Shown here in pieces: positions 34,062 to 44,769 of a DNA stretch of 64,000 nucleotides (position 1 is the stretch's first letter; every line of letters starts with the position of its first letter). The stretch comes from Escherichia coli (lineage in GTDB: Bacteria; Pseudomonadota; Gammaproteobacteria; Enterobacterales; Enterobacteriaceae), in assembly GCF_016903815.1 (NCBI RefSeq), contig NZ_CP069973.1; one strand, 5' to 3'. Under the pieces are notes generated by a model. The model was not told the DNA's origin and did no database searches. It saw nothing but the letters and a program-made list of their open reading frames with translations. The translations under genes were made by a program, and so were the position numbers.

Positions 34062-34901
34062 TTAGCGCCCCCGAATACCATCAGCCAGACGTTTGCCGTT
34101 ACGCACCGACAGCAGCGTCAGCAACGTGCGCCAGGTCATACGTTTATTGCGGATCTGGTAGAGGGTAAACAGCTGATATTTTTTGCTTGCACGGTCAAAT
34201 TTATCTTTGTGCTTGCGGTAAAAGTGGAAGTACCCGGAGAATTTTTTCGGTGACGAGGTGATCTGCATTTCACCGTGATTGATATGCAGGATCTGCGTCG
34301 CCTCTTCCACTTTCCACGGTTCGCCATACTCCACCACCATCCGCAGGAAGATGTCGTAATCCTGTGCTGCTTTCAGTTCGGTATCGAACAAGCACTCTTT
34401 GAAACGCCACGCCCAGGTAAAAACCTGATTGCCAATGATATTGCGTTTATAGAACAGGCGGCGTGAGTACGGCGATTTGGGATACAGTGGTAAGCTTGCC
34501 GGTTGGGAATAAACTTCTCCCTGGCATACGTAGTCGTTAGCGTACAAAAAGGCGTGAGTGACCAGTTGCTGTTTATGGGCGAGGAAGACGCTCAGACGGT
34601 TGGGTGTCCATTCGTCATCGTCATCGATCCCGGTAATGTATTCCCCTTGCGCCAGCATAATAGCCTGGTTACGTACCGCGCACGCCCCGCTGTTAATATC
34701 GTTGTGGATGTAAGTGATACGCGGATCGTTGAGGGCGGTGACGTACTGTTGCAGTTGTTCCCAGGAGGTGGAGCAATCATCCACGATGATCATCTCCCAG
34801 TTGCTGTAGTCCTGGCGCAGGACCGATTTTATCGCCCGAATCGCCAGTTGTTGGCGGTTCCAGGTTGGCATATAGATTGAGATCAGCGGATTATCTTTCA
34901 T
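34062..34901 (-). CDS. wcaA: Colanic acid glycosyltransferase WcaA
   Basis: 279 aa GT2 (ISIYMPTWNRQQLAIRAIKSVLRQDY...IIVDDCS). Confidence 0.85.
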   Translation of the reverse strand: MKDNPLISIYMPTWNRQQLAIRAIKSVLRQDYSNWEMIIVDDCSTSWEQLQQYVTALNDPRITYIHNDINSGACAVRNQAIMLAQGEYITGIDDDDEWTPNRLSVFLAHKQQLVTHAFLYANDYVCQGEVYSQPASLPLYPKSPYSRRLFYKRNIIGNQVFTWAWRFKECLFDTELKAAQDYDIFLRMVVEYGEPWKVEEATQILHINHGEMQITSSPKKFSGYFHFYRKHKDKFDRASKKYQLFTLYQIRNKRMTWRTLLTLLSVRNGKRLADGIRGR

Positions 34902-34935
34902 AGGTTGTTCTCCCGGCTTATGAGCTGGTTTGCTT

Positions 34936-34970
34936 GCCGGATGCGGCGTGAGCGCCTTATCCGGCCTACG
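34936..34970. repeat. REP unit between wzc and wcaA
   Basis: gccggatgcggcgtgagcgccttatccggcctac palindromic unit. Confidence 0.7.
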
Positions 34971-34993
34971 GGGCGGTGCGAATGCAGGCGTCG

Positions 34994-37156
34994 TTATTTC
35001 GCATCCGACTTATATTCGTATTCGTAATAGCCATAATCCTGATACGCGCTGGCGCGGCGGAAGATGGAGTTCAGAATCACCCCTTTCACCGGAATACCGT
35101 TTTGCTCAAAGCGGCTCAGACTGGTTTCCACTTCTTTCAATGTGTTGACCGCATAACGCGCCACCATTAACGTGGTTCCAACATGACGACCAACAATTGC
35201 CGCATCGGTCACTGCCAGAATCGGCGGCGTATCAATCAACACCAGGTCGTAGTTTTTACTCGCCCAGTTCACCAGTTCGGCAAAGCGTTCGCTCATCAAC
35301 AGTTCAGAAGGATTTGGCGGTACCTGACCGCGCGGGATCAGGTCAAATTTGGCAATAGAGGTCGGTTTAGCAGCGGTAGTAATATCGCCCTGACCAATCA
35401 GAATTTCCGACAGGCCATTGACGTTATTGGTACCCAACAGCTCGTGGGTGTAGCCTTTGCGCATATCGCAGTCGATCAACAACACCCGTTTATTGGTCTG
35501 ACTGATCACCGCCGCCAGGTTGGCGCAGACAAAGGTTTTACCGATTGACGGGCTAACCCCTGTCATCATCAACACATTGTTCTGCGCCTGCATCATCGCG
35601 AAGTGCAAACTGGTACGCAGACTACGGATGGCTTCAATCGCCAGATCGGTTGGATTCCCCACCGCCAGTAGCTGGCTCTGTTTATAGCGTTTAATCCCTT
35701 TGATGGTTTTGACGCTATCGCGCGCTTTTTGCCATTCCGACAGCGGGATGCTGGCATAGACGCTGATACCGTGTTCTTCCAGTACTTGCGGGCTTTCGAT
35801 GCCGCGATTAAACAACGAGCGCAGCAGCACACCCACGATAGAAAGCATCAGGCCGAGGATAATCGCGCCGAGGATAATCAGCCCTTTCTTCGGTTTTAAC
35901 ACGCCAGGCTGGGTGATTGCCGGGTCAACAATGCGCACATCGCCGACGGTACTGGCTTCGGTGATTTTCAGCTCCTGCTCTTTATTCAGCAGTTGCATAT
36001 AGACCTGCTGCCCAGACTCGACATCGCGGGTCAGACGGACAATCTCCTGCTGGGTTTTCGGCATCGCCGTTACGCGACCGTTAAGTTTGGCTTTATCTTC
36101 TTCCAGCGCCTGACGTTTCTCCAGCAGCGTGCGGTACGCCGGGTGAACTTTGGTGTACAGCTTGGAGATTTCCGCCTCTTTAAAGGTCAGTTCGTTCAAC
36201 TGCGCGTCGATGTTCACCATCGAATCGAGCACCGCTTTCGCTTCCAGCGGCAGATCAACAGAATCTTTATCCTGACGGAAGGCATTCAGTTTGTTTTCGG
36301 CAACATCAAGGCGGCTACGTACTTCCGGTAACTGTTGCGCGAGGAAGGCGAGGCTTTTCGACGCTTCCGCCGATTTGCGCTCAATATTTTGTTCCTGATA
36401 GTTACGAGCGATGCTGTTAAGAATGTCGCGGATCTGTTCGCGATCTTCACCGGTATAAGTCAGGCTCAGTACGCCTGCGTCTTTGCCGTTCTCCGTTACC
36501 GTCAGGCTGTTTTGCAGTTGATTGATCATCCCCAGCGTGGAGTATTTGGTGACGGTAAACTCACTGCCCGGGCGGGCGTGAATGGCTTCAACCATCAGCG
36601 TGACGCCTTCTTTTTTCAGTATCTGGCCCGCTTGCCCACGGGCGCTAAAGCCGCCATCGCTGCTCAGAGTGTAGTTTTTATCGTCCAGCACATTAAGCGT
36701 AAACACCTGATCCGCCATCTCTTTCGGGCGGTTAAAGGTAGTCACTTTTACCGTCTCGTTCTGACGCCCCATCAGGCGATCCCAGCCCGCACCGAAAATC
36801 GGGAACGTGTTTTTGCTCACCGCAATATCGAGGTCGAGATCGTCCACCGTTTTACCAAGCACCAGGCGCGAACGAATCAACTGGATCTCGGCATCCGATG
36901 CTGGCGGTTTGTTGGCTAATGCCGATCCGATATCCTGCACCAGCGAATTGCCGCTGCTTTGTTCGATTTGTACCAGTGCGTCGGCGCTGTATATCGGCGT
37001 GGCGAAGAAGGTGTAAACCACGGCACAGAGGGCGAATACGGCGGTGATGCCAATTACCCACCAGCGCGCTTCAATGACGGTGCCGACCAGGCGACCAATA
37101 TCGATTTCATCACTGCCCGTTACCGGAGCGGCATGTTGTTTTACTTTTTCTGTCAT
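34994..37156 (-). CDS. wzc: Tyrosine autokinase / polysaccharide co-polymerase Wzc
   Basis: Start trimmed to MTEKVKQHAAPV (720 aa); Walker A (GVSPSIGKT) and a C-terminal Tyr-rich tail (YQDYGYYEYEYKSD). Confidence 0.9.
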   Translation of the reverse strand: MTEKVKQHAAPVTGSDEIDIGRLVGTVIEARWWVIGITAVFALCAVVYTFFATPIYSADALVQIEQSSGNSLVQDIGSALANKPPASDAEIQLIRSRLVLGKTVDDLDLDIAVSKNTFPIFGAGWDRLMGRQNETVKVTTFNRPKEMADQVFTLNVLDDKNYTLSSDGGFSARGQAGQILKKEGVTLMVEAIHARPGSEFTVTKYSTLGMINQLQNSLTVTENGKDAGVLSLTYTGEDREQIRDILNSIARNYQEQNIERKSAEASKSLAFLAQQLPEVRSRLDVAENKLNAFRQDKDSVDLPLEAKAVLDSMVNIDAQLNELTFKEAEISKLYTKVHPAYRTLLEKRQALEEDKAKLNGRVTAMPKTQQEIVRLTRDVESGQQVYMQLLNKEQELKITEASTVGDVRIVDPAITQPGVLKPKKGLIILGAIILGLMLSIVGVLLRSLFNRGIESPQVLEEHGISVYASIPLSEWQKARDSVKTIKGIKRYKQSQLLAVGNPTDLAIEAIRSLRTSLHFAMMQAQNNVLMMTGVSPSIGKTFVCANLAAVISQTNKRVLLIDCDMRKGYTHELLGTNNVNGLSEILIGQGDITTAAKPTSIAKFDLIPRGQVPPNPSELLMSERFAELVNWASKNYDLVLIDTPPILAVTDAAIVGRHVGTTLMVARYAVNTLKEVETSLSRFEQNGIPVKGVILNSIFRRASAYQDYGYYEYEYKSDAK

Positions 37157-37158
37157 TC

Positions 37159-37602
37159 TTATACCTGCTCTGCGTTCAATGCCTGCGCCCACTGGCGGGC
37201 AGACCGTTCAAGTAATGTGTACACCGCTGCAAACGTTTCCCGGCTTTTGCGATACGGATCGGGGATTTCACATTCGTTATCCCAGTGACCAAACAGCATC
37301 ACTTTGCCGCGCATCTCAGGTGCCATCTCGCATAAGCGTTCGATATGGCGCTTTTCCATGGTCAAAATCAGGTCATAGTTGCGACACAGGCGGCGGCTGA
37401 TTTGCCGTGCACAGTGACCTTCCAGAGACAGTTGATGTTCTGCGGCGACGCTGATAGCGGTAGGATCAGCGCCCTTACCGACCAGCGCGCCGAGTCCAGC
37501 GGACTCCACTTTCAGCTCCGGGTGATAACGTTGCAGTAAGCGTTCCGCCGTCGGGGAACGGCAAATATTGCCGACACAGACAACTAAGATGTTGTTAAAC
37601 AT
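37159..37602 (-). CDS. wzb: Low-molecular-weight protein-tyrosine phosphatase Wzb
   Basis: 147 aa; CVGNICRSP P-loop of LMW-PTPs. Confidence 0.9.
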   Translation of the reverse strand: MFNNILVVCVGNICRSPTAERLLQRYHPELKVESAGLGALVGKGADPTAISVAAEHQLSLEGHCARQISRRLCRNYDLILTMEKRHIERLCEMAPEMRGKVMLFGHWDNECEIPDPYRKSRETFAAVYTLLERSARQWAQALNAEQV

Positions 37603-37607
37603 GACGA

Positions 37608-38747
37608 TTACCAGTTATGAATGTCGCTGGCTGTATCCGTCATGTAACGGACACCGCTAATAGTTGGCAGCAACTGATTGATCAGACGGTTCCAGCGGGA
37701 AACCGGGGCGGTGGTGACATACACCACGTCATAAGGTTGCAGGCGGAATTCTGTCGCCATCACCAGCGACGTCGCATCGGACATATCCAGCTGGTAGATA
37801 TTGGCAATCTTGCCGTTACGCCCGCCCTCGCCTTTCAGCGGACGAATGACAAAGATGCCGCTGGCGTTGGAGGTGGTCATGTCGATACCTTCGGCATTGC
37901 CCAGGGCTTCAGTCAGGGTCATGCCGCTAAAGTCCATTTTCAGGGTGCTCTGTTTCTTCACTTCACCCATCACAAACACTTTCAGATCATCATTACGCGG
38001 CACGTAGAGAATATCGCCGGGGTAAAGCAGTCGGTTCTGATTGAGGTCGCCGTTTTGCATCAGCGCCTGCAAAGAAATGCGTTCTTCACGACCATTGTGT
38101 GTTAGCACCACGTTGCGCCAGTCAGCGGTGTCGGTCAGGCCACCTGCGGCGTTGATGGCGTCGAGAATGGTCAGTGGTACGTTGGTGATCGCCTGTTGAC
38201 CGGATTTATTCACCTGACCTGAGATATAGGCCTTTTGCGAGCGGAAGGCGGCGATATTAACATCCACCTGCGGGTCAGCGATGTACGTCGCTAAGCGCCC
38301 GGTAATATCACTGCGGATTTCAGCGAGCGTTTTCCCGACTACGTGGACCTTGCCGATATACGGGTAAAACATAGTGCCGTCAGGCTGTACCCAGTTGCCG
38401 GTGTCGCTGGAGCTGCGGTACTGACCGGCTGGCGTGGTGAGTTCCGGGTGATCCCAGACGGTGACATTCAGAACGTCGCCCGGCCCGACGCGATACTGGT
38501 AATTCGCGATCTCACTTTCCAGCGTCATATTGGGGCGCGCTACATTCGGGCGTGGGCGTAATTGGTCAATCAGGCGCGGGGTCAGCGGATAAACATTCAC
38601 CATTTTGTCGAGATCGAAATCAGCGTCCTGCTGTTTGATGACGTCTTTGCCCATCGTCGACATATTGCTGCCCGGAAGTACTGTGCAACCGCTTATCAAG
38701 GTTACTGACACCAATAATGGCATCAATTTCATTTTGGATTTCATCAT
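37608..38747 (-). CDS. wza: Outer membrane polysaccharide export lipoprotein Wza
   Basis: 379 aa; lipobox LISGC; first gene of the cps operon. Confidence 0.9.
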   Translation of the reverse strand: MMKSKMKLMPLLVSVTLISGCTVLPGSNMSTMGKDVIKQQDADFDLDKMVNVYPLTPRLIDQLRPRPNVARPNMTLESEIANYQYRVGPGDVLNVTVWDHPELTTPAGQYRSSSDTGNWVQPDGTMFYPYIGKVHVVGKTLAEIRSDITGRLATYIADPQVDVNIAAFRSQKAYISGQVNKSGQQAITNVPLTILDAINAAGGLTDTADWRNVVLTHNGREERISLQALMQNGDLNQNRLLYPGDILYVPRNDDLKVFVMGEVKKQSTLKMDFSGMTLTEALGNAEGIDMTTSNASGIFVIRPLKGEGGRNGKIANIYQLDMSDATSLVMATEFRLQPYDVVYVTTAPVSRWNRLINQLLPTISGVRYMTDTASDIHNW

Positions 38748-38925
38748 TGTTTATTTATCACTTTGGCAGAGTAATTATCCTGTGCACTATTAATAGCAAT
38801 GTCGCCATGCACATTTACCTTGCAGTTAATTGAATAAAAATTTAACTGGCATCAGTCCTAAAAAAATTGATTTCATCCGCAGGCTATTGACAGAATAATT
38901 CAGACTGGTCTTTCAGGCATCCAGA

Positions 38926-38937
38926 CACGCTACCGCC
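38926..38937 (-). promoter_or_regulatory. ops element (GGCGGTAGCGTG) within a JUMPstart sequence in the wza leader
   Basis: Exact CACGCTACCGCC on the plus strand, about 180 bp upstream of the wza start; the same 21-mer context (cacgctaccgcccctggcttt) recurs at 13264. Confidence 0.75.
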
Positions 38938-39405
38938 CCTGGCTTTTTAGCTACCAATACACTGATTTAGCTTAATTTTTAAAACCCTCTCAACATACAG
39001 TCGTTGATGAGAAAGGGTTATTGCGGAAATTAACTTCCGAATATAAGGTGACATTATGGTAATTGAATATTGGCTCTCCAATAATGCAGGAGGAAGTGTT
39101 ACAGCTAACGGAATAGCAGGCAAGGTAACAATTCGGTAATTGGCTATTTTTAAGAATTATATTAAGTGTCATTCAATATGGTTTTTAGGAGTTTCTTTAG
39201 GTTGACAATATTTAATATTGCGCCTCCACATGCGATATTTCTTAAATAATGTTTTATTATTACCACTTTTAATTCAGGGATAATGTGAGGTTATTACCCT
39301 CAAATAATATGAGATAAATAGTGCTGCAACATTGCATTTTTGCCCCGATTTATCCATGATCGAATTGTGACATTTGTCATACAACGAATAGGTTTTGTAC
39401 TTACT

Positions 39406-40989
39406 ATGGAATGGATTGCCGATCCGTCTATCTGGGCCGGGTTAATCACGCTGATTGTGATCGAACTGGTCCTCGGCATTGATAACCTGGTCTTTATTGC
39501 CATCCTCGCCGAAAAACTACCGCCGAAGCAGCGCGACCGCGCACGGGTTACCGGGCTGCTGCTGGCGATGTTAATGCGCCTGTTACTGCTGGCGTCAATC
39601 TCCTGGCTGGTCACCCTGACGCAACCGCTGTTCAGCTTCCGCTCGTTTACCTTTAGCGCCCGCGACTTAATCATGCTGTTTGGTGGTTTCTTCCTGCTGT
39701 TCAAAGCCACGATGGAGCTGAACGAACGGCTGGAGGGGAAAGACAGCAATAACCCCACGCAACGCAAAGGTGCGAAGTTCTGGGGGGTGGTGACACAAAT
39801 TGTGGTACTGGACGCCATCTTCTCACTCGACTCGGTGATTACCGCCGTCGGGATGGTCGACCATTTACTGGTCATGATGGCCGCCGTGGTTATCGCTATC
39901 AGCCTGATGTTGATGGCCAGCAAGCCGTTAACGCAATTTGTTAACAGTCACCCGACCATCGTTATTCTCTGCTTAAGCTTCCTGTTGATGATTGGCTTTA
40001 GCCTGGTGGCAGAAGGTTTCGGCTTCGTCATTCCGAAAGGCTACCTGTACGCTGCCATTGGTTTCTCGGTGATGATCGAGGCGCTCAATCAGTTGGCTAT
40101 CTTTAACCGTCGACGTTTTCTTTCCGCTAACCAGACACTGCGCCAGCGGACTACCGAAGCGGTAATGCGCCTGCTTAGCGGGCAAAAAGAAGATGCGGAA
40201 CTGGACGCCGAAACCGCGTCCATGCTGGTGGATCATGGTAACCAGCAGATCTTTAATCCGCAGGAACGGCGGATGATTGAGCGGGTACTTAATCTTAATC
40301 AGCGTACCGTCAGCAGCATTATGACGTCGCGCCACGATATTGAGCATATCGATCTCAACGCGCCGGAAGAAGAAATCCGCCAGTTGCTGGAGCGAAATCA
40401 GCATACGCGGGTGGTGGTTACCGACGGTGATGACGCAGAAGATTTGCTCGGTGTTGTTCACGTTATCGACCTGCTACAACAGTCTCTGCGCGGCGAACCG
40501 CTCAACCTGCGGGTGTTGATTCGCCAGCCGCTGGTGTTCCCGGAAACCTTGCCGTTGTTACCTGCCCTGGAGCAGTTCCGTAATGCCCGCACGCACTTTG
40601 CTTTTGTAGTGGATGAGTTTGGCTCGGTGGAAGGGATTGTGACATTAAGTGACGTCACTGAAACCATTGCCGGTAACTTACCGAACGAAGTGGAAGAGAT
40701 CGACGCCCGCCATGATATTCAGAAAAATGCGGACGGTTCCTGGACGGCGAATGGTCATATGCCGCTGGAGGATCTGGTGCAATATGTGCCGCTGCCGCTG
40801 GATGAAAAACGTGAATATCACACCATTGCCGGGCTATTGATGGAATATTTGCAGCGTATTCCAAAACCTGGCGAAGAAGTTCAGGTGGGGGATTATTTGC
40901 TTAAAACGTTGCAGGTGGAAAGCCATCGCGTGCAGAAGGTGCAGATTATTCCGCTGCATAAGGATGGCGAGTTGGAGTACGAGGTGTGA
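39406..40989 (+). CDS. yegH: TerC-family membrane protein with CBS and CorC/HlyC-like C-terminal domains
   Basis: Start trimmed to [13 protein letters not shown] (527 aa); TerC-like TM region followed by paired CBS domains. Confidence 0.85.
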   Translation: MEWIADPSIWAGLITLIVIELVLGIDNLVFIAILAEKLPPKQRDRARVTGLLLAMLMRLLLLASISWLVTLTQPLFSFRSFTFSARDLIMLFGGFFLLFKATMELNERLEGKDSNNPTQRKGAKFWGVVTQIVVLDAIFSLDSVITAVGMVDHLLVMMAAVVIAISLMLMASKPLTQFVNSHPTIVILCLSFLLMIGFSLVAEGFGFVIPKGYLYAAIGFSVMIEALNQLAIFNRRRFLSANQTLRQRTTEAVMRLLSGQKEDAELDAETASMLVDHGNQQIFNPQERRMIERVLNLNQRTVSSIMTSRHDIEHIDLNAPEEEIRQLLERNQHTRVVVTDGDDAEDLLGVVHVIDLLQQSLRGEPLNLRVLIRQPLVFPETLPLLPALEQFRNARTHFAFVVDEFGSVEGIVTLSDVTETIAGNLPNEVEEIDARHDIQKNADGSWTANGHMPLEDLVQYVPLPLDEKREYHTIAGLLMEYLQRIPKPGEEVQVGDYLLKTLQVESHRVQKVQIIPLHKDGELEYEV

Positions 40990-41205
40990 TGGTATCGGTC
41001 ATTTTACCCGATAGCCGAAAGGAATAAGATGAGGGAACCGCGCCAGCGGCGATTTACCGCCGGGAGCCCGGGTTGCCAGGGTGGTGGCGATTGAGCCACC
41101 CTGGCACGTTCACCGGCTTGAGCGTTCCATAGTAGTGAGGAACATCAAGTGAACGGAACAGCCTTCGATCTTACATATTCAGAATATAATGGTGCCGCCG
41201 CGAAC

Positions 41206-41245
41206 GCCTGATGCGACGCTTTACGCGTCTTATCAGGCCTACAGG
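41206..41245. repeat. REP unit downstream of asmA
   Basis: gcctgatgcgacgctttacgcgtcttatcaggcctacagg. Confidence 0.7.
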
Positions 41246-41262
41246 ACAGGTCACCTGGTAAC

Positions 41263-43116
41263 CTACATCTTCTCCAGCAACTTCTTCACATCTTTGCCAT
41301 TGCGGGAATCTTTATTCCGCTCGGCCCAGTCATTCAGGCGACGTTTCGCTTCGTCCTGTAGATGTTTGCGCAGTAACTGATCCACTTGCAGACTGTAATT
41401 GAGTTGCTGCCAGTTGCCATAAACCCGCAGCGGTACTGGCGTTTCTTTGAGGAAATCAATCAGTTTGCTTTCCCCGTTCCAGCCACCCACGACCCGAATA
41501 TCAAACTGGGTGTCGCAGGTTTGATCTGCCAGATTCAACATGCCTTCCCCTGTCAGCGCCAGCACAGGCGATTGACCTTGCATGTCGTTTAACGTCACGA
41601 CGCCATCCTTCAACGTCAAATCGGTGGTAAAGCGGTCAAGACGCGTTACGTTATCGAAGTTTTCAGCGGCCTTCACATCACCACCATTACGTTCTACCGC
41701 TTGCTGAATCATCTGCTGGAAGTTCATCCCTTCCATGCGCGTGTCGGTCATTTCGACATGTGCCTGTCCTTGCCAGTTGTGGCGGAATGCGTCGGCATCT
41801 ATGTCAGCACCGGAGAAATCACCAGCCAGTGACATTTTTCCGGTCAACGAAATCGGATAGTTAAACGCCTTCAGAATGGTACCAATCTCAACGTTTTCCA
41901 GCCGTGGCTGGAAGTTTATCCGCGGATTTACTGATGTCGCGTCCAGCGTGCCCGGCAGTGAAACCTGTCCACCGTTAAGTTTGCCCTGCAACTGGATAAT
42001 CTCCAGCAAACCCGACTTGTTGGTCATTTGCGTGGCAACATCTGTAAAATTCACTCCGCGCCAGCGCACGTTACTGGCCTGCAACAAAATATCAGCCGTA
42101 AAGCCTTGCAGTCCCTGATATGCCGGTTCATCAATACGCGAAGAAATGACCGGGCGCGGCAATGTTGATTGGCTCTGCCCCTGCTGCGCGGCACCGTTTT
42201 CACCATTCGCTGTTTCATTAAGCGGGATGAGGTTGTCAAGATTCAGTTGCGGGAATTGCAGTCTCAGCTGCCATTCAGGTTTCTCTGTCAGCGTGACCTG
42301 TGCTTGCCCGCTCAGCGTGCTGTCATTGGCGGTCAAGCTGATTTGGTTAAATGAAAGGCGTTTATGTGACTCCTGCCACTGGGCCTGGAAACTCCCCTGC
42401 CCCTGAATACCTTGTTTTGGTAAATCTGCACCCTGCAACTGCCAGTTAATTTGTTCAATAGCCGCCGTTAAATCATGCGGATAATCAGAAGCATCTACCG
42501 TACCGTTAAGGGATATCGTGAGATCGCGCTGATCGCGATTAACCCGCCCGGAGAACTCAAATGAGCCACGATGTTGGGGATCTTGTTCCATTTGCAGGCG
42601 GATATTGCGGATTGTCACCTGCTCGTCATCTTCATGCTGGAACACCAGCACGCTGTCCGCCACCTTAAGACTGGATATATCAAACGACCATCCGCGATCG
42701 TCTGACAGATCCGGCAAGGTATTGTCGCGCGGTGCAACCGGAGCGTCTTCACTGCGCACCGCTTCCGTCTGCGGCGTCAGTTGGATCACTGCCCCTTTTA
42801 GCATCACCTGCTTAACGCTCAGTTGATGACTCAGTAGTGGTAAAAGCGCCACGTCCAGACGCATGTTGTCGGCGCGAACCAGTGGCTGGCTTGCGCCCTG
42901 GGCGGTGAGAGACATTCGCCCGGAGAGGATACTAAGCTGCGGCCAGACGTGCCAACGCAGTGGCCCGTCGAGCTGCAATTGATAACCGCTACGTGCAGCA
43001 ACTTGCTTGACCATATAGTCGCGGAAATCATTCGGATTCACCAGCAACACTAACGCAGATAACCCGGCCACCAGCACGACCAGGAGTATCATCAGCGTCG
43101 TCAGAAATCGTCTCAT
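41263..43116 (-). CDS. asmA: Outer membrane assembly protein AsmA
   Basis: 617 aa with an N-terminal TM anchor (MRRFLTTLMILLVVLVAGLSALVLLV); AsmA family. Confidence 0.9.
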   Translation of the reverse strand: MRRFLTTLMILLVVLVAGLSALVLLVNPNDFRDYMVKQVAARSGYQLQLDGPLRWHVWPQLSILSGRMSLTAQGASQPLVRADNMRLDVALLPLLSHQLSVKQVMLKGAVIQLTPQTEAVRSEDAPVAPRDNTLPDLSDDRGWSFDISSLKVADSVLVFQHEDDEQVTIRNIRLQMEQDPQHRGSFEFSGRVNRDQRDLTISLNGTVDASDYPHDLTAAIEQINWQLQGADLPKQGIQGQGSFQAQWQESHKRLSFNQISLTANDSTLSGQAQVTLTEKPEWQLRLQFPQLNLDNLIPLNETANGENGAAQQGQSQSTLPRPVISSRIDEPAYQGLQGFTADILLQASNVRWRGVNFTDVATQMTNKSGLLEIIQLQGKLNGGQVSLPGTLDATSVNPRINFQPRLENVEIGTILKAFNYPISLTGKMSLAGDFSGADIDADAFRHNWQGQAHVEMTDTRMEGMNFQQMIQQAVERNGGDVKAAENFDNVTRLDRFTTDLTLKDGVVTLNDMQGQSPVLALTGEGMLNLADQTCDTQFDIRVVGGWNGESKLIDFLKETPVPLRVYGNWQQLNYSLQVDQLLRKHLQDEAKRRLNDWAERNKDSRNGKDVKKLLEKM

Positions 43117-43137
43117 GGTATCCTCAATGGGCCTGAA

Positions 43138-43719
43138 TTAGTCTTTATCGATTCGGCTGGCTACCGCGCCCTGCTGGTTGCGATATTTCGCATCTTCACG
43201 GCGGTTGTAAGGTCGCGCCGCCGGGCCGGAAAGCGGCTCAAAGCTCAGCGCACCAATTAACATGCCCGGACGCAGCGCCAGCGGCAGCTTACCGGAGTTG
43301 TAGAACTCCAGCACAATACAGCCAGACCAGCCCGGATCGATACGGTGCGCGGTGACGTGCACCATAAGCCCCAGACGCGCCAGTGAGGAACGACCGTCCA
43401 GCCATCCCACCAGATCGGCTGGCAGCGTCACCGACTCCAGCGTCACCGCCAGCGCCAGCTCTCCTGGGTGAAGATAAAACGCCTCGCTTTCATCGAGTAC
43501 GATCTCATCGCTCATCACGCGGTCAAGCGCGGCGCTCACTTCATCTTTGGGACCGCTCAGATCGATAAACGCTGCCGTGTGACCACGGAAGGTACGAAAT
43601 TTATTGCCCAGGCGCACATCCACCGTCGCGCCATTAATACGCTCCACTGGCGGACGTGGGTTGATCGACAAACGGCCTTCATCAAGCCAGGCTTCAATAT
43701 CTCGGTCACACAGACGCAT
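43138..43719 (-). CDS. dcd: dCTP deaminase
   Basis: 193 aa; [19 protein letters not shown] is the Dcd N-terminus. Confidence 0.95.
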   Translation of the reverse strand: MRLCDRDIEAWLDEGRLSINPRPPVERINGATVDVRLGNKFRTFRGHTAAFIDLSGPKDEVSAALDRVMSDEIVLDESEAFYLHPGELALAVTLESVTLPADLVGWLDGRSSLARLGLMVHVTAHRIDPGWSGCIVLEFYNSGKLPLALRPGMLIGALSFEPLSGPAARPYNRREDAKYRNQQGAVASRIDKD

Positions 43720-43810
43720 GGCATTTTCTCCTTTCGTGCATCACTCCCTTAACGCCAATTACGTCAAGGGCATACCAGGTTATCACTGAACGGTACACAA
43801 TTTATCAAGC

Positions 43811-44452
43811 TTATTCAAAGAACTGACTTATTTTCGCTTTCAATATATCGATGGCGATGCGGTTTTTCCCGCCGCGCGGCACGATAATGTCCGCATATTG
43901 TTTAGAAGGCTCAATGAATTGCAGGAACATCGGGCGCACGGTTTTTTGATATTGCGCCATCACTGAATCCATTGAACGCCCACGCTCGTTAACGTCACGC
44001 TTGATGCGGCGCATCAGGCAGATATCCAGCGGGGTATCAACGAAAATTGAGAAGTTAAGTTCATCACGCAAACGCGCATCCGTCAGCAGCAAAATGCCTT
44101 CGAGAATGATGACTTTCTTCGGCTCAACCGTCACCGTTTCTTTCATACGCGTATGTTCAACATAGCTGTAAACCGGCAGGTCAATGGCCGAGCCGCGTTT
44201 CAATGCTTGTAAATGCTCAAGCAGCAGGCTGTGATCCATCGCGCTGGGATGGTCGTAGTTGGTCTTAACGCGTTCTTCCATCGACAGATGGCTTTGATCT
44301 TTGTAATAGCAGTCTTCGGGAATTACGCCGATGTGTTCATCACCGACTTGCTCACGTAATTCACGATAAAGGGTACTGGCAATAAGACTCTTGCCGGAAG
44401 CCGATGCGCCAGCGATACCGATAATGACGCACTGATGAGACTGATCAGTCAT
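43811..44452 (-). CDS. udk: Uridine/cytidine kinase
   Basis: Start trimmed to [22 protein letters not shown] (213 aa); P-loop kinase. Confidence 0.9.
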
Positions 44453-44769
44453 ATATTTAGCGACCTGATTAACCTGGATGTTAGGAAGGGGGCGACGAAG
44501 CGCCAAACGCGGCAATTATAGGGATTTCATCCGCCTGATACCAGTCGAATAGCGTTGCCGCGCGCTCAGAGTAATTGTTGACGAATAATTCCCGGTGGCA
44601 AATTACGTTGTTCAGTTTTAATGCAAGGTAAAAATTGTTATACGAAGTTGCGCAAATTATCCGCCTTTACGTCACTTTATGAGCAATTCGCATATAAAAT
44701 GTAAAACTTTTGTACTAGCATAAACACAGAAACGAATACTGGCGACCTGGTCTTACGGATAAAGCGGTA

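Noticed and set aside
38990-39172. 60-aa minus-strand ORF upstream of wza
   Set aside because: Sits in the AT-rich cps promoter region; Cys/Asn-rich translation looks like chance; no conserved small protein that I recognise here.
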